Of a DNA stretch of 64,000 nt, positions 35,801-46,306 are shown in pieces. The notes under the pieces were generated by a model. That model saw only the letters and a program-made list of their open reading frames with translations, ran no database searches and was not told where the DNA came from. Each line of letters begins with the position of its first letter. Position 1 is the stretch's first letter. This DNA comes from Folioceros fuciformis (taxonomy: Eukaryota): positions 47,400-111,399 of the forward strand of contig JBNGIO010006255.1 of NCBI GenBank assembly GCA_049999805.1, in the 5' to 3' direction. Made by a program: the position numbers and the translations under genes.

Positions 35801-36663
35801 CCTTGGGGCCGCCACCGGTGCCACCGGTACCACCGGCTGCTGCGCTCCAGCTCTCCAACCGCGCGGAGGTGGAGAGGACGCATGCTGAGCCACAAAAGGA
35901 GGCCCAGACATATTCTGCGAGTGTTTTCCAAACGCGGCCTGCTCGGACGGAGCCGAGGAGTGGGTGTCCTGGGGACGAACCTGCAGCTTCTCCGAGGTGA
36001 GCTGCGTCTCTCGCTCGGGCAGACGTGGAGCAATGAGGCCAAACTCGTCGTGCACGTAGTTATCCGACTCACCCTGTCGGGGCGGCTGGGTCCTTGAGAA
36101 TCTGTCATTCGATGGCAAGCCCCGAGCCTCAAATCCACCCTTCTCCTCATTCGAATACCGATCGACAACCTTTTCATACACCGGCCGCCGCTCCTCGTAC
36201 CGATCAAGATCCTCGTACCTGTCCACGCTATGGCTGCTCCGAGGCCGACTGTCCACAGGCTTCCTCTCATCTTCGTCGTAATTGCGGCCGATGTTGGCAG
36301 GATTCGGGAAGTATGACGCTTTCTCCTCGAAGGTCCGGACCCCATTCGGAGCGCCCTGCCTATTGTATCCACCACCACGATCCCCACCAAACCCCCTTCC
36401 CAAGGTGGGGCTCATCCACGGCGCAGAGCTGGGCCTCTCGAAAGCGCTTCGGTCCACGGTCCTGCCACAGGAAACCACAATCAGACACCGGAGCACAGAA
36501 TACAAGAATCCAACAACGGCAACGGAGAAAGCCCTCCGACGATCTAACAAGATCCTACTGCTTACATTCCAGGAGCAGACGGAAGAGGCAGATCCGAGGG
36601 AATGGATCCTCCATGAAAATCCTTGAGAGTCATGGCAGCTCGGGGCATCTTCTTTTTCGACAT
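32886..36663 (-). CDS. Plant eIF4B-like, RG/RGG-rich low-complexity protein, multi-exon
   Basis: N-terminus MSKKK..MTLKDFHGGSIPSDLPLPSAPG; ERPKLKLLPRSKP, RPRLNLKPRS and VFGGARPREL-ILKERG motifs of the plant eIF4B family. Confidence 0.75.
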
Positions 36664-37270
36664 CTTTCCCCTAAATTAGAGGACCGGTGACCTAGACTAC
36701 ACACTACCTAGCCTACACCCGGGAAAAAAACTGATCTGGAACCAAGCGGCAGCCGATCACGCAGTCAGAAAACGACGTGCGGTGAAGATGCGAGAGGGAG
36801 GGTTGGGAAGGGAAGGGAAGGGGATTGCCGAGAGGCCCGCCTCCTGCCGATCTCACACGTGGTCAGCACCTCGGCAGCTCTGCTTCCCCGAACACAACTC
36901 GGCCCCCCGAAATAGAGCAGACATCCAGATCTGTGGAGCAAAAAAAAGCCGGCACCAACCCCACAGCTAGCACGCTGCCAACTCCACCCCAATGCCCCGC
37001 GCCGACACCAGATGCAAGAAGAAAAACACGAGGACAGACCTAGACGCGATACAGCAGCAGGCAAGAGAGCGCAACGGACAGAAACCGGTAAACCTCAACC
37101 AGGAGAAAGAAAGAGGGCGAGCAGGAGGGTGCCCAGCGGGAAGGGAGAGGTGGCCGGGTTGATGGCCGCTGCACCTAAGGTACGTACACAAAAGCCGCTA
37201 TTTTGATTTATGGCCCTGTCACCTGTTGGATATTAGATAGTAAAAAGCAGGAAATGAAGAATTTAGGTAG

Positions 37271-37304
37271 GTACCTACCTTCCTACCTACCTACCTACCT
37301 ACCT
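37271..37304. repeat. (TACC)n microsatellite
   Basis: gtacctaccttcctacctacctacctacctacct. Confidence 0.85.
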
Positions 37305-37619
37305 ATTAATTTCATCGTAAAAGCTTTTTTCTCATTTTATAATTAGCTCCCAATAATATCTACCCCGTCTCATGTTTGATTGCCAGTTACCTCCATCCTT
37401 GTGCCCCAAAAAGCCTAAGCCAAGGCTGAGCATTTCGCGCGCATTGTGCACTTATGTAGGTATTAGATCTACTAATCAAATGAATGAAAATCTTATGGCC
37501 TTTTCCTCCTCACTGGCCTTGTAATCACCTTTCTGCCTACTAACATAACTTTTGACAACAAGATTATATAGCCTCTACCATTTTCCACTACTCTCACGTA
37601 AGTTACAACAAGAGTGTTT

Positions 37620-37673
37620 GTTAGGGTTTAGTATAGGGTTAGTATAGGGTATAGTGTTAGGGTTAGGGATTAG
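37620..37673. repeat. Degenerate telomere-like (TTAGGG/TATAGGG) tract
   Basis: ttagggtttagtatagggttagtatagggtatagtgttagggttagggattag. Confidence 0.7.
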
Positions 37674-38100
37674 TACACTTGGTTGACAAACAGAGGTGAA
37701 GAGTAGAAAAGTTGATACATGCTATAGCAACAATGAATGTGTAGAACATGAAAGAACACATAGCACACTTGGATATCAAGTTGTGGACGATCAACAAACC
37801 AGGATTATTAAAAAATCCCTCTGTATACGTATCAGCATGGAAAGGAGTGTGCAAAGCTAAAGGAATTCATTATTTTGGTGATCCAAATTTGTGCCCTTTC
37901 AAATGCAAGTTTTGTAGACAACTCATCGTCAGGTGTAGTGAACTTGATTCCTAAAGTAGAGAACTCCTCGAACACTCACTTTTGAAGAGGAGGACCAAAA
38001 TCTTGGATGAAGACTAGCTAAGATGAGCTCATATTTATTCCACATGAATACTTGTGTACTTGGACATACCAACCTATTCCTCCCATGCACCTAGACGTGC

Positions 38101-38235
38101 TGCCAACCAATCAATTCTTAGCACAGACTTGGTAGCTGGATTTAGGGATTCTGCCAACCAATGGATTCTTAGCGTAGACTTGGTAGCCGGATTGAGGGAT
38201 TCTGCCAACCGATGGATTCTTAGCACAGACTTGGT
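38101..38235. repeat. 51-bp tandem repeat, ~2.7 copies
   Basis: tgccaacc.at..attcttagc..agacttggtagc.. units start at 38101, 38152 and 38203. Confidence 0.9.
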
Positions 38236-39605
38236 ACGCACTTGGGTGAGATAGCTAGCTAGCTTTTAAGGTGTAAAAGTGCTTGCCAACCAATTCCAAG
38301 AACGGACTTAACTGGTGTGCACTTGGATGCACAGGCACTTGATGATCACTTGGGTGTGCTCAAAGGTTGGGCCAAAGAGAAAAAAGATAATCAAACCCCG
38401 CTTCAATCAGCCAATTGTAGAGAAATTCAAGGTCACTAATGTACTTCACATCTCTTGTGTACTTTTAAAAAACTCTGTCTTTGGAAAATAAAAAGGAACA
38501 ATTAGGTAGACATGGTACAATGGCAGGCTTTATGCTTCAAAAGTATAAGAAAAAGGGTTAGTAGTTGTAACCAAGATAACTCACTATGAAGGCCGTAATA
38601 TTTGAAGCAGTGGAATATACAAACCTTCCGAAAGCAAATTCCGAAGGCTGCAACCGAATTCTGGAGCTTGCATCCCGAGAACCAATCCTATGTTGTTCTT
38701 CAAGATAGTGGCTGTGTCCTCTTCATTTGCCCAAAACTCGTCCCACCACTGGAAGGCTTCAACAATTCAAATGGTCTTGATTCAGGCAAGCCAACCTTGA
38801 CTTCCAATCCGCGAGGCCCTCTCTCGGCCCCACAGAAACCTGGGACCTCCATTATGCAAGTCCATGAGCCCACCACGGGCTTGTCGATGTGCGGGACAAG
38901 GATACAATGCTCCTCATTGGGTCCGGGCCTCTCCAAGGACTCACCAAGTAACAACAGGCCATCACCTGCTGGCCCCAGGCCTTGCGAGCTCCCAGGATAG
39001 CTCTTAGATGTGGCGGGAGTAGGAGCCGATGCCCGCAATTCATATGTGCAAAAACATGCTTTGTTAGGGTTTCTCACACATATTACAAACAATGTCTAGT
39101 CTTTTGCTCTATCCCCCGATGCTAGCCACTCTCTCAAATGTTAGAACAGAAAGGAACCTTGCGCAAACATGAATGAATGGAGATCTTGCAAGACAATTTC
39201 GGGCTTGGTCTTTCAGGATTCCCGAGTGCGGATCTTCCTCTTCCCAGATGAAAACTTGGTTGGGAGTCCCGGGTCTCAAATCTTGTTCCATCTAGAGCGG
39301 CGAGTGGAGAATTTGGAGACGTACACGAAAGCCATGGATTCCGTGCGCTCTTGGACGGACTCATACGCTTGCATCGACAAAAGCACGACCACTTGCACGT
39401 TGGAAATGCAAGACTCGCAGTAACGGGAGCGTTGGAGGAACGAAGAGTCTGGCTTTCGTGCCCTTCTTCAGAGACTTTGGGTTTAGTGCATCGGGTTTAC
39501 ACAGGCGTTTGCCATTGGAGGAGGAGAAAATGGTGTAAAATTTCTATAGTACATCGGTTGGTGTCCCGCTGGTACCCACACCACAAGTGCATGGATTCCC
39601 TTGCC

Positions 39606-42559
39606 TTACTGGTTCATACGCAGCTTTCTTGCGTGCGCCATGATGGCAGCAGCTGCAGATAACGGCTTCTTACTGGATGGTTCCGACTCTTGGACAGGTT
39701 GCTGGTCACTTGACTCGGCTGGAGTAGTTGCATCCTTGACCAGTTCAGGCTCGTCAACAAGCCTTTCCAGGCTCATTAGCTGCTCCAAAGGGGCCACCTG
39801 TGACAGAAAGCACAAGTTTACTTCTGGACCTCATCGCAAATCGGGGACCATGCTCCTGAATGCAGCAACCAACCTGGTTGAACCCGTCAGGCCAGGTGAT
39901 GGACACAGCGTAGTTGCCCATGGGTCTAATGCTCTCTGGCTCGATATCTTCAGGAACGTCGGTAAACTTCAGTCGTTGCTCACCGGTCCATTCGTCCTGT
40001 TCAAGAGACCCAGTGACGCGTATCAAAGCCACCATCCTAGAACACCTCATACAAGTCATGGCACTGAGGCATCATACACCATACCACGCTCTGGGCTGAT
40101 CTGTCATTTCTTCGTACAGTAGCAGGGTGCAGCAAAAACTCCTCTTGGCTGCCAGGCACTCGAACTCTGAGTGCTCTGATGCTCTTGTCATAAGTAACCG
40201 CCGTTGCAACTGTCGAGGATGAAGTGTGAGTTCAGCAGTGCCCGAACATGAGACTAGCATGCAAGCACCCATGAAATCCGGGTTCTTCACCTTGTTGACG
40301 TAGCTTGGCACATTGTTGTACTACGCAGACCCCGATGTTGGAAAAACATCTGGCAACATCGCCGAGAGGATCGGCAACAACTTCCGGGTTGCCACTGTCA
40401 CCTGAGGCTGATAACTGACCGAAACGGCAGACTAGAAGTTAGATGAAGCCCAGAGCACGCTTCTGAGAGTGCAAGAGCTTGTCTCTGACTATTCGACTGG
40501 AGAAATAGTACCTCAGGCCTTATGGGTAGTTCAAACAAGTTTGGAATCCCAAATTGCTGCACCACCTGCGTGAAAGGCGAGAAAGCTAACATTGTCAGAA
40601 CATACAGCACCTAGGGCATGCCAGCGAGTATCCCAGCAGTTTTCACTCACCTGTGCTCCTGAACCTTTGCCAAAAGGGTAGTACCGTTTTCCATCGCCAT
40701 CAAAGTAACACATGTTTTCAACCACTGCAATACATGGCACCTGCAAGCCGATACACAAGTCACCTTAGGGAACACTTACAGCTCAACAATCATTCAAGAC
40801 AGAGTCAAAGGAAGGGAAGGAAGCACCTTAAGTTTTGAGAACATCCTCACTCCTTTCGCTACGTCTATAAATGCCAGCTTCTGTGGGGTCGTAACAATGA
40901 CAGCAGCTGTCAATGGTACCACCTGATAGACAGGAAAGGTCAGCCTTCAGGGCCAGTACAACAGTGCGATCAGTAACAGATTGTCATTGAAGAAGAACCT
41001 GACATAAGGTAAGCTGAATATCTCCTGTCCCTGGAGGCATGTCAACAATCAAGTAGTCCAGTTCACCCCTGTAGTGACAGATGATACTTCATTCAGAGAG
41101 CAACAATGGCATGCACCAAACTTGCTAATGTAGCTCGATGACAGACAGTACCAGTCGGACGTGGTGAGCAGTTGGTTCACAACCCCGGATACCATAGGCC
41201 CTCTCATGATGGCACTGCCTTGCCCAGCATAACCGAAGGACACCAGCTTCACCCCAAGGTACTCAGTCGGATATATAGCTCTGGTCTCAGCATCCTGCAA
41301 CACCAATAGTGCTTAACATATCTACACTGTGAATAAGGTCTCCGAAGAAAGAGAATAAACCTTGACACGGGCAACGTAGTATCATAACCTCACCATTTGT
41401 AACACACGAATGTCAGGTGACACCATGGTCGGAAGACTGGGACCATAAACGTCAGCATCGAAGATTCCCACTCTTGCCCCCATACCAGCCAAAGCGTATG
41501 CCAAGTTCACAGCTACAGTGGACTTTCCTACTCCTCCCTGTCAAGGTCGTAAGGTTGTCAGTCAGCTTTCGCACAATTCCCTCCACAGCTGCCAATTCCG
41601 TCCACAAGTACTGAAAGCCATACACTACAAACCGAGAAGCCAGACCTTGCAGCTTGAAACAGCCACAATGTTGGACACCCCTTGGAGACCCTTGGGGACG
41701 TCTTCTGGAACAATTGGCTTAGGTGGTTGCGCACTCATTGTCACCTGGACGTCCCGAACCCAAGAGATTGCCCTCACATTCTCTAGTGCCTGTTTCTCGA
41801 ACTGCCCAACCCATACCACAACAAACGCATCATGTTTCTCGCCAAGGGGCCGAGAGCGTGAGCGAAACAGGTTTGCACAAATACCATATCCTTCACAGGA
41901 CAGGCAGGAGTCGTTAGCTCCAGGCGAAAGGAGACCTGAATACCAAAAACCTGTCAGAAACTTGAACTGGGAGCCCATGGCAACCACAAGGCTCCCCCAA
42001 CATTCAGAAGCCACTATACCTTGCCATTGCTCTCATCAGCAGCCAGATCCTTCACGAAGCCACATGTCACAATGTCGGTGCCAAAATCAGGATCAATGAT
42101 CCGGGACAAGGCTTGAAGCACATCATCGGCAGCAGTTCTTGGTGGGTCTGCTGCCAGAGGAGCTGCAAAGATAAAAATCCATCAAGAACCCAATCCCTGT
42201 CGTTATCCACCCATAAAATGCAACCACTTTCCATCCTCTAGAGCAACCTGCACTGGCAGTGGCATGGCAGAATACTCTGCCTCTCCTCGGACTGGTAGCT
42301 GAATTCACCGTCCTGCCCAGTTCAAAATGCAAAATCTGCCGGTGCAAGGATGTCACGCTATCCATAACCACTCTGCCAATCCGTGGCTTTATGCAGCCTC
42401 TTGTCCTGCCTGAAATTTCGCATTCTAGTTACAGAGGCTCAAAGTTCAAGCTCATAACAGATTTCAACCGAAAAAAGCAGGCAGCAGGTGGGACATACGA
42501 AAGCAGGAACTGGAAACAGCTACAGCGCTGGAAGCAGACGCCATCGAGAGCTCGGCCAT
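39606..42559 (-). CDS. HCF101: Plastid Fe-S cluster carrier HCF101 (DUF59 + Mrp/NBP35 P-loop + DUF971), multi-exon
   Basis: [66 protein letters not shown]. Confidence 0.94.
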
Positions 42560-43044
42560 GGCCGCCGTGGCTGAGCAGGCGACGGGGCGCATGGCCAGCG
42601 AGTGCAGTGCACACGCAGGAGAACGACGACTGAAGGCAGCCGGCCTTAAACCTCCCATACCAAGGCCTTTCTATACGTTTGGGTTTTGGGAAGGTTAAGA
42701 GTAGGTGGTTGTTGCATTTATCTGTTCTTATTTGTTTCTGGTTAAAATCCGCTCCAATTTTTCGTGAGCCACAAAATCCGATTCAACCAGTCGTTGACTC
42801 GTTTCTCGTGAGCCGGATTTGATTCAGCTTCCGGGTTCGAACTCGCCAGAAGTTTGAACCGGGCCAGCGAGTTCGAACCGGGTAGATATGCATATGTAGT
42901 TAGGGAGGAAGGAGAGAACCATCAACTCGTCACAAGCTACATCCACGTCTTTTTTTTTATCCGTTGTCTACGTGAATATACTTTGGTATCTCTTTGCATT
43001 ATGCTTGTTTCTAACTTCCAATTTTCCAATGGCATGCAACAATG

Positions 43045-43465
43045 CAGCTTAGATCAGAAGGTTGATCCATGCAACAGTGCAGCTCATATTAGAAGGTTGA
43101 TCCATGCAATAAGTGCAGCTCATAATAAAAGGTTGATCATCTTTGCTTGGCTCGGAATGAAGGCCTCCAAACTACCATGTTCTATGCAAAGTGATCACCT
43201 TTGCCACATCCATGCAAATCGATACCTCTGCTGCAACATCCGAAACGGTCAAGTCAAGGCTGACAAGAAAGAAGAAGAACATGGTTCTACACCACTAAAT
43301 AACAAACAAGCCACAACAACAAGCATATGCAAAGTTATCACCTTTGCCACATCCATGCATAGCGGGCACCTCTGTCACAACATCACAAACATTGGATCTG
43401 ACAAGAAGGAAGAAGAATTCGGTTCCACGCTGGTACTAAATAACAAACAAGCCACAACAGCAAGG
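43045..43465. repeat. Direct repeats (~36-bp x2.5 and ~140-bp x2) in an AT-rich intergenic tract
   Basis: agaaggttgatccatgcaa repeated; tcacctttgccacatccatgca..tgacaagaa.gaagaagaa..actaaataacaaacaagccacaaca duplicated. Confidence 0.75.
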
Positions 43466-44408
43466 AGGTTGCACTAAGAGGTCTATTATAAAATCAAACA
43501 AAACTAAGTTTCAAAGTTTCCACAACAATTCTACCAACACCATTTTACACAAAAAGCATTAGAGACAAACATTGTTGGTGTTGCAAAGGTGCTTGATGCA
43601 ACATTTTTACACCTTTGAGGTACATGCAGCTCTACCTTGTTGATCCCTAGCTTGGAAGACAACCTCCACATATGCTGCACATTGCCTTATAGTTGCTCTT
43701 AACTTATGCAGATTTCCCTCAAGTGACTCCACCAAGCCTAGACTCTTGTACAAACCATGCACCGTGTCTACTAGCTTCTCCTTGACATTGGGTAGGCCTG
43801 TGCCTCCTTGTGCTGCACGCCAACCTAGAGTGCCTCGAGATGCACCTTCCCATCGATGCACAGACCTCTCCTCCTCCTCCTCTTCAAATGAGGGAGGCTT
43901 AAAGTTTGAAAGCTCTCGCCTCGCCCTGTGCACTCTCCTCTCCTGTGGCACACTCGAGCTTGAGTTGCACTCTGCATCCCATCCCCAAAGTGCCTTCTGA
44001 TCTGTAGCATTGCCTGGAGTGCCTTGGGCACCTCTTACACCACCTCCCATGTGCCTGCTAATACTCGCCTCCACCGCATCCAGCTTTAGCCTTTTGCTAA
44101 GTTGTTGCTTCCGAATGACATCGAGGTATCTCCACCTTTGGAATTATGTCATTCTCTCCATACACGGCTTTCCATAGCCTCTCCCCAACGCCCCAGCTCC
44201 ATGTGCCTGCTGCAATGCTGGCAATGACCTCTGCTGTTGGCTCTCCATACGGGGGAGCCTCAACATTTGCCAAGTCCAATGCAACAAGGTCTGCCTACAT
44301 TGTGCATTGCTTGTTGCTAAATCATTACTTTGACCCCTCGTATGGTTTGTGCAAGAAAGGTCGACCATGAAAGGGGAAGGGCTTGGAGGGAGTATGTGAC
44401 GACGACAC

Positions 44409-44515
44409 AAACCCTAAAACCTGTTGAAACAAAAAAGAATAATAGACGGTAAACCCGTCGACGAAAATCGTAGTTAGGCAGAGTTTAGGGTTCCCGTCTC
44501 GATGCGACTATATAT
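44409..44515 (+). promoter_or_regulatory. Telo-boxes and TATA-like element upstream of RPL29
   Basis: AAACCCTAA at 44409, TTAGGGTT near 44485, TATATA near 44509. Telo-boxes are typical of plant ribosomal-protein promoters. Confidence 0.55.
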
Positions 44516-44589
44516 CCAGGGTGGCTTCACTATTGTTCCTTGTGCCCTCCTTTTCCCCCCCTGGCGTGGAGCCACTCCGAGCGGCAGCT

Positions 44590-44781
44590 ATGGCTAAGTC
44601 GAAGAACCACACTGCACACAACCAGTCGTACAAGGCTCACCGGAACGGCATCAAGAAGCCGAAGAAGCAGAAATACATCTCGCGCAAGGGGATGGACCCC
44701 AAGTTTCTGAGGAATCAGAGATACGCCAAGAAGCACAACCCGAAAGCTGGCGCCAGTTCCACTGGCGAGGCCGAGGAGTGA
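44590..44781 (+). CDS. RPL29: 60S ribosomal protein L29 (eL29), copy A
   Basis: [42 protein letters not shown]. Confidence 0.98.
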   Translation: MAKSKNHTAHNQSYKAHRNGIKKPKKQKYISRKGMDPKFLRNQRYAKKHNPKAGASSTGEAEE

Positions 44782-44967
44782 ATCTGATGGAGGTATGGGA
44801 AGTCTGTCCCTCATTGTGTTAGCTCCCACGTTTTCTGGCTTGCTGTCCTGGCCTGACTTTTCAAAGGTTTGGCCTTGATGGCAGATGTTGTTGCTTTTGT
44901 CTTCTCCGTTTTTCTTCGGTTCGAGGTCAGTCCCGTTGATTTTTTGCTTGTCAGGGTTGGTAACTCT

Positions 44968-45048
44968 GCACTATGAGGATATCGCAACAGTTTGGTTGAG
45001 AGCTTTCAGCTCGCTGATGCTACCAGACCTCCTACTCATTCTGAGTGC
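44968..45048 (+). ncRNA. Box C/D snoRNA with a guide complementary to 25S rRNA AUGAGUAGGAGG (possibly plant snoR7 family), copy 1
   Basis: gcac/gtgc terminal stem, box C ATGAGGA, D' TTGA, C' CTGATG, guide cctcctactcat, box D CTGA. Confidence 0.8.
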
Positions 45049-45106
45049 CTTGTTCAATCCAACGTCAGTCCGGTCATCTTGTTTGTTTGTTAGGGTTGGT
45101 AGTTGT

Positions 45107-45187
45107 GCACGGTGAGGATACCGCAACAGTTAGGTCGAGGGCTTGGAGCTCTCTGATTCTACCGTACCTCCTACTCATTCTGAGTGT
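45107..45187 (+). ncRNA. Box C/D snoRNA, same family, copy 2
   Basis: gcac..GTGAGGA..cctcctactcattCTGAgtgt. Confidence 0.78.
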
Positions 45188-45285
45188 CTCATTCAAGTCG
45201 ACGTTCTTCTATTTAATGTTTTGTTTACAGTCGACGTCAGTCCCGTCGATGCGTTCTCGTCTTGTTTTTTATGGTTGGTGGTTCT

Positions 45286-45364
45286 GCAGTACGAGGAGAT
45301 CAACAGTGTGGTTGAGAGCTTTCAGCTCGCTGATGCTACCTTACCTCCTACTCTTTCTGTGTGC
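45286..45364 (+). ncRNA. Degenerate third copy of the same snoRNA (probable pseudo-snoRNA)
   Basis: Box C reads ACGAGGA, box D reads CTGT, and the guide cctcctactctt is mutated. Confidence 0.6.
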
Positions 45365-45424
45365 GCTAGTCAAATTATCGTGAACTGCTTTACATCTTTC
45401 GTCTTTAGGTCGCTGTGGCGCAGG

Positions 45425-45496
45425 GGCATATGAGGAAACAAATATATGGGTAATTTGCGACTGATCCGTGATGTCGAATTGATATGAACTGATGCC
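45425..45496 (+). ncRNA. Box C/D snoRNA, U16/snR87-type (18S Am in CGCAAAUUACCCA)
   Basis: ggca/tgcc stem, C ATGAGGA, guide tgggtaatttgcg followed by D' CTGA, C' GTGATGT, D CTGA. Confidence 0.85.
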
Positions 45497-45604
45497 TTGC
45501 CACAGCATAGCTCAATTTCCTTAAAAAGACTTGTACTGATTGGTGGCCAGATGGGTTAGGGTTTGGTGTCGGCGGACGCCTATCGTCCTCAAGGACTAGG
45601 GCAA

Positions 45605-45684
45605 AGGCACTTGATGAGAAAATCCTTAAATGGGTAACTGGCGACTGATCTTATGTGATGTCCAACCTTGGAGAGCTGATGCCT
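45605..45684 (+). ncRNA. Box C/D snoRNA, U55/SNORD55-type (25S Cm in UCUCCAAGGU)
   Basis: aggca/tgcct stem, C TTGATGA, D' CTGA, C' GTGATGT, guide accttggaga followed by gCTGA. Confidence 0.82.
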
Positions 45685-45829
45685 GCGTCCATTGTTCACA
45701 CTTTGATAATATGCCGTAGGCCGTAGAGTTTTGTCTGTCGCGAAAATCCTCACAACTTCTGCATTATTTTAATTTTCAACTCACCAGTTGGGGTATGGTC
45801 ATTTTGTGCAGCTCCTTGTCGCGATCTTC

Positions 45830-45966
45830 AGAATGGCTCGGTTGGAATTTTCCTTGGACTCTTGGGTTGTGGAACGAGCTTCTAGCACCGAGCTGCTTGA
45901 GAATGGCCCAGTTGGAATTCTCTTTGGACTCTTGAGTTGTGGAACGAGCTTCTAGCACCGAGCTGC
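45830..45966. repeat. 70-bp tandem duplication
   Basis: agaatggc..gttggaatt..ttggactcttg.gttgtggaacgagcttctagcaccgagctgc x2. Confidence 0.9.
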
Positions 45967-46306
45967 GTCCGGGGGTCGAATACTCCAGCTGTAGCCCTTT
46001 GTAACATTGTAGGTTGGACCTGAGACGAACGATATCAGAAAGTTTTGCTGTGTCTGACGGGTGGGGTCGTTCAATTCTTGGAGAGTTGAATTGCATCATC
46101 GGTTGTCCACGTTGGATAGAAACCTTCTCTGGACAACACGCCAGAGTTTCATCGGTTTTCTTTTCAATCTTACACAAGAGTTGCGTAATTCAGGGCTGTT
46201 GGATACCTAAGAACGGTAGACGAACCCAAGAACAGCAAATGAATCGCACGGAAGGAGTAATCCAGCGGGAATGGAAAAAAAACGTGATACACACATGACT
46301 GCAATC

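Noticed and set aside
38101-38235. CRISPR-like appearance of the 51-bp repeats (also 19272-19327 and 45830-45966)
   Set aside because: Head-to-tail tandem repeats without unique spacers, in a eukaryotic context with no cas genes.
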